From contig OZ243913.1 of assembly GCA_965213705.1 (NCBI GenBank), positions 1,120,001 to 1,184,000 on the forward strand: a DNA stretch of 64,000 bases, in the 5' to 3' direction. The notes beneath the pieces are model-generated. The model had not been told where the DNA came from. It did no database searches and saw only the letters and a program-made list of their open reading frames with translations. Positions within the stretch are counted from its first letter, which is position 1; each line of letters begins with the position of its first letter. Shown piece after piece: positions 1 through 9,518 of this stretch. The translations under genes and the position numbers were made by a program. The DNA comes from Trueperaceae bacterium. GTDB taxonomy: Bacteria > Deinococcota > Deinococci > Deinococcales > Trueperaceae.

Positions 1-1288
1 CGTAACCGTTCTTAAAGAGGGCGTCGACGTCGGCACCAAGCAGGACATCGACAGCAAGGTGCGCGAGACGGTCGAAGCGACCCTCAAACGTATCGAAGCG
101 GGCGGCGACGCGGCGGTGCGCGAGCTGTCTGAAAAGTTCGACCGCTACTCGCCCGAGAGTTTTCGGCTCTCCGAAGACGAGATAGCGGCCTGCGTCGAGC
201 AGGTGCCCAAGGACGAACTGGCGGCGATTCGGTTTTCGCTCGAGCAGGTCCGCACCTTTGCAAAAGCGCAGCGCGCGAGCGTCCGCGACGTCGAGGTCGA
301 AACGCTGCCGGGCGTGACGCTGGGCCACAAAAACATACCCGTCAACGCGGTCGGCTGTTACGCGCCGGGGGGCCGCTACCCGATGATTGCCAGCGTCATC
401 ATGAGCGTCGCCACGGCGAAAGTGGCGGGCGTGAAGCGCGTCGTCGCCTGCGCGCCGCCCAAAGACGGCAAACCCTACCCCGCCACGGTCGCCACCATGC
501 AACTCGCCGGGGCGGACGAGATTTACGTCCTCGGGGGTATCCAGGCCGTCGGCGCGATGGCGCTGGGCACCGAAACGCTGTCACCCGTCGACATGCTGGT
601 CGGCCCCGGCAACGCTTTTGTCGCCGAGGCGAAGCGGCAACTGTTCGGGCGCGTCGGCATCGACCTGTTCGCCGGGCCGACCGAAGTCCTCGTCATCGCC
701 GACGACACGGCCGACCTGGAAATGGTCGCGACCGACCTGTTGGGTCAGGCCGAGCACGGCCCGAACTCGCCGGCAGTCCTGCTCACGACGAGCGAGCGCT
801 TGGCGCAGGGGCTGCAAGCCGAAATCGACCGGCAGTTGCAAACCCTGGCAACCGCCGACGTCGCCGGGCAAGCCTGGCGGGAGTACGGCCAAATCATCCT
901 CGTCGACACGGACGAGGAACTGGTGCGTGAGGCCGACCGACTCGCCAGCGAGCACGTCGAGGTGTTGACCGCAAACCCGGACTACTTTCTGGAACACATG
1001 ACGAACTACGGCTCCCTCTTCTTAGGCCCCGAAACGAACGTCGCCTACGGCGACAAGGCCATCGGCACCAACCACATCCTGCCGACGAACAAGGCGGCGC
1101 GCTACACGGGCGGCTTGTGGGTCGGCAAGTTCCTAAAGACGGTGACCTACCAACGCTGCACCCCCGAGGCGAGCGTCGTCGTCGGCAAAAACTGCGAAAA
1201 AATCTGCGACATCGAAGGCTTTGCGGGCCACAAGCGCCAGGCGACGTTGCGGGTGGAGCGGTACGGGGAGGAGGTCGTTCGTTCTTAA
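1..1288 (+). CDS. Histidinol dehydrogenase-family paralog (HisD/HpsN-like); 5' end lies just upstream of the window
   Basis: Frame is open from base 2 (VTVLKEG...). Motifs [48 protein letters not shown]. Confidence 0.85.
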   Translation, partial: VTVLKEGVDVGTKQDIDSKVRETVEATLKRIEAGGDAAVRELSEKFDRYSPESFRLSEDEIAACVEQVPKDELAAIRFSLEQVRTFAKAQRASVRDVEVETLPGVTLGHKNIPVNAVGCYAPGGRYPMIASVIMSVATAKVAGVKRVVACAPPKDGKPYPATVATMQLAGADEIYVLGGIQAVGAMALGTETLSPVDMLVGPGNAFVAEAKRQLFGRVGIDLFAGPTEVLVIADDTADLEMVATDLLGQAEHGPNSPAVLLTTSERLAQGLQAEIDRQLQTLATADVAGQAWREYGQIILVDTDEELVREADRLASEHVEVLTANPDYFLEHMTNYGSLFLGPETNVAYGDKAIGTNHILPTNKAARYTGGLWVGKFLKTVTYQRCTPEASVVVGKNCEKICDIEGFAGHKRQATLRVERYGEEVVRS

Positions 1289-1336
1289 TCGTTCTGGACT
1301 TGTAAAAACGAATGACGAAAAACGAACAACGCTTCT

Positions 1337-2086
1337 ATGCCCCTCCCCCTCGAGCACAAAACCGCCCTCGTCACCGGCGCGGCGGGCGGCATCGGTTCCG
1401 AGCTTTGCCGTCACCTGGCTGAGGCGGGCGCGCGGGTCGTCGTGACCTACCGCAGCAGCGAACGTGAAGCGCGGCGCTTGGCCGAAAGCTTGAGCGGTGA
1501 GGGTCATATGGTCGCTCGAGCCGTCGTGGACGACAGCGCCACCCTGAACGCGCTTGCCGAACAGGTCGAAGCGGATTACGGCAAGCTCGACATCCTGGTC
1601 AACAACGCGGGCGTCACCCGGCCCGTGCCGCACGACGACTTGGTGGCGCTGGACGACGAGCTTATCGACAGCATCTTCCGCGTGAACGTGCGGGGGGCGC
1701 TGGCGGCGGTGCGGGCCTTCAAACCCTTGTTACAACGCTCCGGCGACGGGCTCGTCGTCAATATCTCGTCGGTTGCCGGGCGCACCGGGGTGGGCAGCAA
1801 CGTGGCTTACTGCGCCTCGAAGGCCGCGCTCGACTCGGTGACCCGCTCGCTGGCTCGGGCGCTCGCCCCCACCGTCCGCGTGGTGTCGGTGTCGCCGGGC
1901 TGGGTGCTGGGCGAGTACGCCAAACGAATGCCGCCTGAAACCATCGACGAGCAGGTCCGCAGAACCCCGCTCGAGCGCGTCGCCACGGCCGACGACGTGG
2001 CGCGGGCGGTGTTGGCGGTGGCGAGCAGTTTGACCTTTTCTACAGGATGTGTGATTCCGGTGGACGGGGGTCGGCCGCTGTTGTGA
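1337..2086 (+). CDS. Short-chain dehydrogenase/reductase (SDR)
   Basis: TGAAGGIG, NNAG and YCASK motifs. Confidence 0.9.
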   Translation: MPLPLEHKTALVTGAAGGIGSELCRHLAEAGARVVVTYRSSEREARRLAESLSGEGHMVARAVVDDSATLNALAEQVEADYGKLDILVNNAGVTRPVPHDDLVALDDELIDSIFRVNVRGALAAVRAFKPLLQRSGDGLVVNISSVAGRTGVGSNVAYCASKAALDSVTRSLARALAPTVRVVSVSPGWVLGEYAKRMPPETIDEQVRRTPLERVATADDVARAVLAVASSLTFSTGCVIPVDGGRPLL

Positions 2087-2128
2087 ACGCTGTTACGAAT
2101 CCAGTCTGCAACAGTCTGTAAAACGATT

Positions 2129-3232
2129 TCAGAAAACGGTTTCACCCGTGACGCGTGCCCGCAACCGCGAAGAGCCGTAGAGCAAGTCCGTAAAAAAGCG
2201 CCCGTCCGGCGCGGTGAGCCACCGAAAAGGCTCGGGCGCTTGTTCGTAAACCGCGCGCAACAAAGCGTGTGCGGTCTCGAGCGGGTCGAACGCCTCACCC
2301 CGCCCCCCGTCCTGCACAGCCAGCTTCACCCCGTGAACCTCCACCCCGGCGTGTTTCGAAAAGGTCGGCACGAAGCTGACGGGCTCGAAGCGCACACCGG
2401 GCACCGCACGGGCGGCAAGCGTGTCCGCCAGGTTGCCGGCGTCCAGCCAGGGCGCGCCGACCTGCTCGAAGGGCCGGTCGCTGCCGCGCCCTTCGCTGAG
2501 GTTCGTGCCTTCAAAAAACACCGTCGCGGCGTAACAGCGGACGCTGTCAAAGGTCGGCAGGTTGGGCGAAGGGGGCAGCCAGGGCAAGCCGGTCTCGCTC
2601 CAGGGTTCGCCGTGCCAGCCACTCACGGGGACGACGAGCGGCGGCTCGAGCCCTAAGTCTTCAGCCATTTGCAACGCCAGTTCGCCCAGGGTGCGCCCGT
2701 GAATGAACGGAACGTCGTGCGCGCTCACGAACGACTCGAAGCCTGTCGCGACGCCCTCACCCTGAACCCTGCGCCCGAGCGGGTTGGGGCGCTCGAGCAC
2801 CACCAGGCGCGTGCTCGCCCCGGCGCAAGCCTGCAAGCAAGCCTTGAGCGTGGACAAGTAGGTGTAACAGCGCACCCCGACGTCTTGCAAGTCGACTAAT
2901 AGCGCGTCCAAGTCGCTCAAGTGCTCCGCCGCGGGCACACGCCGCGCGCCGTAAAGGCTGACGACAGCTATACCGGTGCGCGGGTCGACACCGTCCCCGA
3001 CGGTTTCCCCCGCTTGCGCGTCGCCGTAAATCCCGTGTTCGGGGCCGAACAGCCGCTCGAGCGTGAGGTCGGGGTGCGCGCGAACCAGGTCGACCGCGTG
3101 CCGGGGTTCGCCGCCGACGCGGGCGACCGAAGCCCGGTGGGCGAGCAGGCCGACGCGCGCCCCCTTCAGGGTGTCCGGCAGGTCGGCGACGAGCCGCTGC
3201 AAACCTACCTGCAACACGGGTTGACGCTCCAC
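2129..3232 (-). CDS. Exo-beta-N-acetylmuramidase NamZ family (DUF1343)
   Basis: FGPEHG, DLQDVGVRCYTY, PPSPNLP, EGTNLSEGRG motifs. TAAGGT -10 box 6 nt before the GTG. Confidence 0.88.
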   Translation of the reverse strand: MERQPVLQVGLQRLVADLPDTLKGARVGLLAHRASVARVGGEPRHAVDLVRAHPDLTLERLFGPEHGIYGDAQAGETVGDGVDPRTGIAVVSLYGARRVPAAEHLSDLDALLVDLQDVGVRCYTYLSTLKACLQACAGASTRLVVLERPNPLGRRVQGEGVATGFESFVSAHDVPFIHGRTLGELALQMAEDLGLEPPLVVPVSGWHGEPWSETGLPWLPPSPNLPTFDSVRCYAATVFFEGTNLSEGRGSDRPFEQVGAPWLDAGNLADTLAARAVPGVRFEPVSFVPTFSKHAGVEVHGVKLAVQDGGRGEAFDPLETAHALLRAVYEQAPEPFRWLTAPDGRFFTDLLYGSSRLRARVTGETVF

Positions 3233-3280
3233 AAACCCACCTTAGCCCACTGGGCGGGCCGGACTCGGTTACCATGACCC

Positions 3281-6200
3281 ATGTCTATCGTCGCGGACTA
3301 CCTGCGCAACCTGCGCGAAATCCACCGCTCGGGCCAGGCCGTGCCGGAAACCTCTTACTACGGCACCCTGGAAACGCTGCTCAATGAACTCGGCAAAAGC
3401 CTAAAGCCGCGCGTGCGCGCCATCATCAACCTGCGCAACCGGGGCGCGGGCATCCCCGACGGCGGCCTGTTCGCCGAGGACCAACTGCCCAACGCCGACG
3501 CCGACCCCCTGACGACGGGCCAGAACCCGGCGCGGGGCGTGCTCGAGGTCAAGTCCACCGCCGAAGAGGTCGAGGCCGTGGCGAAAAGTGACCAAGTCAA
3601 AAAGTACCTGGACCGCTACGGCCTGGTCCTCGTCACCAACTACCGCGCCTTTTTGCTGGTCAAAAAGGGGGCGAGCGGCCAGCCCGAACTCCTGGAGCAC
3701 TATGCGCTCGCGCCCGACGAGGCGTCGTTTTGGGCCGCGAGCCTGAACGACCTGCTGGCGCACGAGGAACGCCTCAAAGACTACCTGCGCCGCGCCCTGC
3801 TGCACCGCGCGCCGCTCACCAACCCCAAGGACCTGGCCTGGTTTTTGGCGTCTTACGCGAGGGAAGCCAAGGCCCGCGTCGAAACGTCCGAGTTGCCGAC
3901 CCTCCAGGACGTGCGCGCAGCCCTGGAAGAGGCCCTGGGCATCAACTTTCAAGGCGACAAGGGCGACCACTTTTTCCGCTCGACCCTCATCCAAACGCTT
4001 TTTTACGGGGTTTTCTCGGCCTGGGTTCTGTGGAGTAAAGAGACGCCGCCCGCCTCCGAGGCGCGCTTCAACTGGAAAGAGGCCGCCTGGACGCTGCAAG
4101 TGCCGGTGATTCGCGCCCTGTTCGAGCGCGTGGCGACGCCGAGCCGCCTGAACAACCTCAAACTGGTTGAAGTCCTCGAGTGGACCGGCGACGCCCTGAA
4201 CCGCGTGGACCGCGCCGCCTTTTTCGAGCGCTTCGACGAGGGCCAGGCGGTGCAGTATTTTTACGAGCCGTTCTTGGAAGCCTTCGACCCCGAACTTCGC
4301 CGCGACCTGGGCGTGTGGTACACGCCGCCCGAGGTTGTCACCTACATGGTTGAGCGCGTAGACCGCGTGCTCCGCGACGAACTCGGCGTTGCCGACGGGC
4401 TGGCCGACGAGCAGGTCTACGTCCTCGACCCCTGTTGCGGCACCGGCACCTACCTGGTCGAAGTGTTGGGGCGAATAGGCAAGACGCTGCGGGACAAGGG
4501 CGGCGACGCGCTGCTCGGCAGCGACCTGAAACAGGCCGCCACACGCCGCGTCTTCGGCTTCGAGATTTTGCCCGCGCCCTTCGTGGTGGCCCACTTGCAA
4601 CTGGGGTTGCTGCTGCAAAACTTGGGCGCGCCGCTGAAAGAAGCGACGAACGAGCGCGCCGCGGTGTACCTCACCAACGCGCTGACCGGCTGGGCTGACG
4701 AGGCCCAGCCGGTGCTGAACTTTCCCGAGTTGGCCCAAGAGCGCGACGCCGCCGGGGAGGTTAAAAAGCACACGAACATTTTAGTCGTAATCGGCAACCC
4801 TCCCTACAACGGCTTTGCGGGCATGGCGGTGACCGAGGAGCGCCAACTGAGTAACGCCTACCGCACCACCAAACGCGCGCCCGCGCCGCGGGGCCAAGGT
4901 TTGAACGACCTCTACATCCGCTTTTACCGCATGGCCGAGCGCCAAATCGTCGAGCAGACCGGGCGCGGCGTGGTCTGCTACATCTCCAACTATTCGTGGC
5001 TGGACGGCCTCAGCTTTACGGGGATGCGCGAGCGCTACCTGGAGCTGTTCGACCGCGTGTGGATAGACTCCCTGAACGGCGACAAGTACCGCACCGGCAA
5101 GCTCACCCCGGACGGCAAGCCCGACCCGAGCGTGTTCTCCACCGAGTTCAACCGCGAGGGCATCCAGGTCGGCACCGCCGTCGCGCTGCTGGCTAGAACC
5201 GGCGAACACGCGCCCAGCGACCACATTCACTACCGCAACCTGTGGGGCCGTGACAAGCTCGAGCACCTAGCCAACACAGACTTCGACACGCTCGAGGGCG
5301 AATATGAACAAGTCGAACCCGTTTTGGAGATAGGCTTCCCCTTCACACCCTCGAGCGCAGCGATAAATTATTTCGAGTGGCCTCTTCTGGCAGATATTTT
5401 TCCAACGTCGTTTCCTGGCATCCAACCAAGCCGAGACCCTTTGGTCGTAGATATTGACAAAGGTGAACTCGTGCAGCGGATGGAAAAGTATTTTGACCCT
5501 GGTGTGAGTAACGTGGAGATGGAAAGAATTTCGCCCACGGCTATGAATAGCACGTCGCGTTTCGCGGCTGATGAAGTTCGTAAATACTTGGTTGAACGTG
5601 GTTTCTTGCCTGACAACGTTGTTCGTTATTGCTATCGCCCCTTTGATATGAGGTGGCTTTACTGGGAACCTGAGACAAAACTGCTGGACGAAAAAAGAGC
5701 TGAATATGTTGCTCAAGTTTCTGATAAGAATGTTTGGCTTGCTGCTGTTCAACAAAATAGAAAAGCGTTTGACCCACCTTTGGCATCTTCTATTCACTGC
5801 TCCCGACACATTGTTGAGAGAGGCGCAAACCTTTTTCCCCTCTATCTCAAGTTGGATGAAGGCACACTGTTTCAAGAAATCCGACCGAACCTGAGTGAAA
5901 AGGCTTTGAGTTATTTGGCTGAGCTTCCCGCCGACGCCGAAAACCTCTTCTATCACGCTTTGGCGGTTCAGCACGCAATCGCTTACCAAACCGAAAACGC
6001 CGGAGCCCTCCGTCAAGATTGGCCCCGCATCCCTCTTCCCGCCTCCGCAGAGCGGCTTGGGGCCTCGGCTGACTTGGGGCGCATGGTGGCGGGGTTGCTC
6101 GAGACCGAGACGCCCGTACCCGGCGTAACTACCGGCAAAGTGCGCGACGAGTTGAAACTTATCGGGGGCATAAGCGCGGTTTCAGGTCAGAGCTTGAACC

Positions 6201-6646
6201 CGGAGACGGACCTGTCTCTTACCCAGGGCTGGGGCCACTTCGGCACGCGCAACGCGGTCATGCCGGGCAAGGGCAAAACGGTGGAGCGCGATTACACGCC
6301 GGACGAACTGGCAAGTTTGGAAGCGGGCGCTGCGGCCTTGGGCATGAGCTTGGACGAGGTTCTGGACCTGCTCGGCACCTCGACGTTCGACGTGTACTTG
6401 AACGAGCGCGCCTACTGGAAAAACGTGCCGAGCCGCGTCTGGGACTACACCGTCGGCGGCTATCAAGTGATTAAAAAGTGGCTTTCCTACCGCGAACGGG
6501 GCGTGTTGGGCCGGGCGCTCGGGGTCGACGAGGCGCGGCACGTGACCGAGACGACGCGGCGGGTGGCGGGGTTGCTGCTGCTCGAGCCCGCGCTGAACGA
6601 AAATTATCAGGCCGTGAAGGCGGAGGCCTACAAAGGATTCGGCTGA
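3281..6646 (+). CDS. Single-chain restriction-modification enzyme (type IIG / type ISP-like, no helicase domain): PD-(D/E)xK nuclease, m6A methyltransferase, target-recognition domain
   Basis: IPDGG...LEVK nuclease motif; GVWYTP, LDPCCGTGTY, GNPPY; C-terminal YRPFD..W and VGGYQVIKKWLSYR typical of the type ISP C-terminus. Confidence 0.88.
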   Translation: MSIVADYLRNLREIHRSGQAVPETSYYGTLETLLNELGKSLKPRVRAIINLRNRGAGIPDGGLFAEDQLPNADADPLTTGQNPARGVLEVKSTAEEVEAVAKSDQVKKYLDRYGLVLVTNYRAFLLVKKGASGQPELLEHYALAPDEASFWAASLNDLLAHEERLKDYLRRALLHRAPLTNPKDLAWFLASYAREAKARVETSELPTLQDVRAALEEALGINFQGDKGDHFFRSTLIQTLFYGVFSAWVLWSKETPPASEARFNWKEAAWTLQVPVIRALFERVATPSRLNNLKLVEVLEWTGDALNRVDRAAFFERFDEGQAVQYFYEPFLEAFDPELRRDLGVWYTPPEVVTYMVERVDRVLRDELGVADGLADEQVYVLDPCCGTGTYLVEVLGRIGKTLRDKGGDALLGSDLKQAATRRVFGFEILPAPFVVAHLQLGLLLQNLGAPLKEATNERAAVYLTNALTGWADEAQPVLNFPELAQERDAAGEVKKHTNILVVIGNPPYNGFAGMAVTEERQLSNAYRTTKRAPAPRGQGLNDLYIRFYRMAERQIVEQTGRGVVCYISNYSWLDGLSFTGMRERYLELFDRVWIDSLNGDKYRTGKLTPDGKPDPSVFSTEFNREGIQVGTAVALLARTGEHAPSDHIHYRNLWGRDKLEHLANTDFDTLEGEYEQVEPVLEIGFPFTPSSAAINYFEWPLLADIFPTSFPGIQPSRDPLVVDIDKGELVQRMEKYFDPGVSNVEMERISPTAMNSTSRFAADEVRKYLVERGFLPDNVVRYCYRPFDMRWLYWEPETKLLDEKRAEYVAQVSDKNVWLAAVQQNRKAFDPPLASSIHCSRHIVERGANLFPLYLKLDEGTLFQEIRPNLSEKALSYLAELPADAENLFYHALAVQHAIAYQTENAGALRQDWPRIPLPASAERLGASADLGRMVAGLLETETPVPGVTTGKVRDELKLIGGISAVSGQSLNPETDLSLTQGWGHFGTRNAVMPGKGKTVERDYTPDELASLEAGAAALGMSLDEVLDLLGTSTFDVYLNERAYWKNVPSRVWDYTVGGYQVIKKWLSYRERGVLGRALGVDEARHVTETTRRVAGLLLLEPALNENYQAVKAEAYKGFG

Positions 6647-6661
6647 ACAACTGTTTTGAGG

Positions 6662-6698
6662 TTTGACCAAAACGTTTAGACCAACCCTGTGCTAATCT
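6662..6698 (+). promoter_or_regulatory. TA promoter: extended -10 (TGcTAATCT) 6 nt before the ATG, with two upstream GACCAA direct repeats (possible operator)
   Basis: Sequence ttgaccaaaacgtttagaccaaccctgtgctaatctgaaggtATG. Confidence 0.5.
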
Positions 6699-6704
6699 GA
6701 AGGT

Positions 6705-6935
6705 ATGAAAAGCGTCCAACTCCACGAGGCCAAGGCGCGACTCTCGGAACTTATCGAGGCCGTTCAGCAGGGTGAGGAAATCGTGATTTCGAAGTACGGC
6801 AAGCCTGTCGCCAAACTTTCGGCCGTCGTCACACCGGGCGAGCGCAAACTAGGCTTTTACCCTATCGAGTTCGAGAGCGATTTGCTCGAGCCGACCTCTC
6901 AGGACGTGATAGACGGCTTCTACGGCGACGACTGA
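6705..6935 (+). CDS. Phd/YefM-family antitoxin
   Basis: HEAKARLSELIEAVQQGEEIVISKYGKPVAKL; abuts a PIN toxin gene. Confidence 0.9.
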   Translation: MKSVQLHEAKARLSELIEAVQQGEEIVISKYGKPVAKLSAVVTPGERKLGFYPIEFESDLLEPTSQDVIDGFYGDD

Positions 6936-7328
6936 GTGCGCTGTTTGTTGGACACGCACGCCCTGGCTTGGGCCGTGGGCGACGCCGCTTTGCTGAGCGA
7001 GGCCGCGACGCGCGTTTTACAGAACCGTCAAAACCAGCTTTTCGTCAGCCCGGCGAGCGTTTGGGAAATGAGTATCAAGCACGCTTCGGGCAAGTGGCCG
7101 GAAGTCGCGCCGTTTGTGGACGAGCAGCTTTACGCTCACCTGGTGCGGCAGTTGGGCACCTCCGAACTGCTCATCAGTCATAAGCACACCCGCTTAGCAG
7201 GTCGGTTGACGGCAACGCACAAAGACCCCTTCGACTGTATGTTGGTCGCCCAAGCTTTGCTGGAAGGCCTGACGCTCGTCAGCAAAGATGTCGCTCTGGA
7301 CGCCCTCGCGGTCGAAAGAGTGTGGTAG
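6936..7328 (+). CDS. VapC/PIN-domain toxin
   Basis: LLDTH, SPASVWE, HKDPFD and VSKD motifs. Confidence 0.9.
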   Translation: MRCLLDTHALAWAVGDAALLSEAATRVLQNRQNQLFVSPASVWEMSIKHASGKWPEVAPFVDEQLYAHLVRQLGTSELLISHKHTRLAGRLTATHKDPFDCMLVAQALLEGLTLVSKDVALDALAVERVW

Positions 7329-7394
7329 CTCGAGCCGCGGTTTAATGAGAGTTGCCGGGTGGTGAAGGCGGAGGCGTATGCCTGGCCCGGTTGA
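7329..7394 (+). repeat. Diverged direct duplicate of the last 22 codons of the RM gene (6581-6646)
   Basis: LEPRFNESCRVVKAEAYAWPG* versus LEPALNENYQAVKAEAYKGFG*; both are 66 nt and both start with CTCGAG. Confidence 0.85.
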
Positions 7395-7418
7395 ACCTGC
7401 GGCTCAGCACTCGTTAGC

Positions 7419-7664
7419 TCAGTTTTCACCCTCGGGCAAAGCGACGGTGATTTCGTCCGTGACTTTACGCAGGTCGGAGGCGTCCAGCTCGAGTTGCAAG
7501 GCGCGTGCGTAAAGTTCGCCTTCGGCGTCCCCGTAAGCCTCACTGTCAGGGGGTAGTTGCTCGAGCTTTTCTATGAGCGTGATGACCTGTCGACTGCTGT
7601 CTTTCAACTCGCTCAAAAGACGCGTCCGGTACTGCTTTAGGCTAGTTAGTTTACTGGCAATCAC
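7419..7664 (-). CDS. Small acidic helical hypothetical protein (putative TA partner)
   Basis: 81 aa; start overlaps the upstream stop (GTGA) and follows a GGAGG RBS. Confidence 0.65.
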   Translation of the reverse strand: MIASKLTSLKQYRTRLLSELKDSSRQVITLIEKLEQLPPDSEAYGDAEGELYARALQLELDASDLRKVTDEITVALPEGEN

Positions 7665-7858
7665 GCTCTACCTCCGGGTAACGCTGCTCGCAGCTCAGCA
7701 AGAATGCGCAAGTGGATGTCGATGTCCCTTTCCCATTTTGCGACAAGGTATTTGTCGGGGTAAGGCTTGCCGAATTCCGCCTGAATTTTCTGATGGTGCT
7801 CGGCAATAACCCTAAGTTCGCCGTCGATTCTTTTGCGGAGGGTTTTGTTTTTACCCAT
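7661..7858 (-). CDS. Small basic hypothetical protein (MGKNK...EHxxKI...P...W)
   Basis: 65-aa ORF translationally coupled to the next gene. Confidence 0.65.
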   Translation of the reverse strand: MGKNKTLRKRIDGELRVIAEHHQKIQAEFGKPYPDKYLVAKWERDIDIHLRILAELRAALPGGRA

Positions 7859-7897
7859 TACCGACTCATGAGTAGTTTTTGCTGATTCATTGGTAGC

Positions 7898-7945
7898 TCA
7901 ATCGCCCTCTCGCTCGATGATGGCTGTAAGGTGTCTTTTCATCAT
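7898..7945 (-). pseudogene. 5' stub of a HicB-family antitoxin
   Basis: MMKRHLTAIIEREGD* after a purine-rich RBS; resembles the typical HicB N-terminus. Confidence 0.6.
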
Positions 7946-8032
7946 TACCTTACCCCCTTTGTGGCTCGACAAAATGCTCAGACCAACCCCGCGCTCCTGA
8001 AGCGCGTTTCCGGTGCGTGAGGCGGTGCCGCG

Positions 8033-9301
8033 TCACAGGCGTTCGACCAGGGTCGCCTCGCCCTGGCCCACGCCGACGCACAAGGTGGCGAGGCCGTAGC
8101 GCATGGCCTCGCCCGCCGCCGCGCGGCGCTGCATTTCATAAAGAAGCGTCGTCAGGATGCGCGCGCCCGAGCAGCCCAAGGGGTGCCCGAGTGCAATCGC
8201 CCCGCCGTTGACGTTGGTAATACTTTCACTCAAATCCAGCTCGCGCAGCACCGCCAGGGCCTGCGCGGCGAAGGCCTCGTTCAGTTCGGCCAGGTCCAGG
8301 TCGGCAACGCTCAGGTTGTGGCGTTTCAGCAGTTTGCGCGTCGCGTAGACGGGTCCCAAACCCATCACGCGCGGGTCGACGCCCGCCGCCGCCGAGCCGA
8401 GCCAGCGCGCCAAGGGTTTGATACCGAGGTCATCAGCTTTGGCCGCCGACATCAGCACCAGCGCGCAAGCGCCGTCGTTGAGGCCGCTCGAGTTCCCCGC
8501 CGTCACGCTGCCGCCCTCCCGAAAGGCGGGGCGCAGCTCGCCCAGCTTCTCCAAACTGGTCGCGACCCGGTAGCCGTCGGCCGTTTTTTCGTAAAAAGGA
8601 TGTTCGTCGGTGGTGAACCTTTTGGGTTCACCCCGGCGCTGCGGGATTTCGACCGGCACGGTTTCGCGCTCGAAGTATCCCCGGTTGATAGCGTGAACGG
8701 CCCGCGTTTGGCTTTGCAGCGCGAAGCGGTCCTGGTCTTCTCGAGTGATTTCGCCGCCCTCAATGTCGCCCGCGCAACTCATCGCCACGACGTTCTCGGC
8801 GGTTTCGCCCATCGCCTCTAAGGGGAACAGGGCCGCCATTTTGGGGTTCGGGTAGCGCCAGCCGAGCGTGGTGTCCCAGCCGGTCACGTTGCCCGACGGG
8901 CCGAACGCGACCGGGTTTTTGGGCAGCGAATAGGGCGCGCGGGTCATGGACTCGACGCCGCCCGCGACGTAGACCTCGCCCTCGCCGCAGCGAATCGCCC
9001 GGGCCGCCTGGTTGACCGCGTTTAAGCCGCTCGCGCACAGCCGGTTGAAGGTCACCGCGGCGACGCTCTCGGGCAGGCCCGCCAGCAGCGCGCCCATCCG
9101 CGCCACGTTGCGGTTGTCCTCGCCCGCCTGGTTGGCGCAGCCCAGGTAAACCTCTTCGACGGTACCGGGCTCCACGCCGGCGCGCTCGACGGCCTCCCGA
9201 ATGACCAAACCCGCAAGGTCGTCCGGGCGCACGTTCGACAGCGCCCCCCGAATCTTGCCGATGGGTGTACGCACTGCGCTGACTATGACCACGTCTTGCA
9301 C
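8033..9301 (-). CDS. Thiolase (acetyl-CoA C-acyltransferase)
   Basis: [20 protein letters not shown] and LCVGVGQG motifs. Confidence 0.95.
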   Translation of the reverse strand: MQDVVIVSAVRTPIGKIRGALSNVRPDDLAGLVIREAVERAGVEPGTVEEVYLGCANQAGEDNRNVARMGALLAGLPESVAAVTFNRLCASGLNAVNQAARAIRCGEGEVYVAGGVESMTRAPYSLPKNPVAFGPSGNVTGWDTTLGWRYPNPKMAALFPLEAMGETAENVVAMSCAGDIEGGEITREDQDRFALQSQTRAVHAINRGYFERETVPVEIPQRRGEPKRFTTDEHPFYEKTADGYRVATSLEKLGELRPAFREGGSVTAGNSSGLNDGACALVLMSAAKADDLGIKPLARWLGSAAAGVDPRVMGLGPVYATRKLLKRHNLSVADLDLAELNEAFAAQALAVLRELDLSESITNVNGGAIALGHPLGCSGARILTTLLYEMQRRAAAGEAMRYGLATLCVGVGQGEATLVERL

Positions 9302-9518
9302 GGTTCAGCTCCTAGCCCCGAAGGAAGTCTCAAACTGCGTTCGACCATCTGCGTTCGACCATTGTAACCCCGCTTGTAACCCCGCCGCCGGTAGAGTCCT
9401 GCCCGGACACGGTCCCGCTGTTCAGACACCGTCCCGTCGCCGCTCCGAGCCGCCAACGGGCCAGCGGAGTTACGAACCCTCGACAGCCTTATAATCTAAA
9501 CCCGAGGAGGGAACTCGC

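Noticed and set aside
3401..6016. Long antisense ORFs (e.g. 3401-4771, 5267-6016; also 26871-27923 and 32150-33151)
   Set aside because: They are shadows of well-supported genes on the opposite strand or in another frame, as expected in GC-rich DNA.
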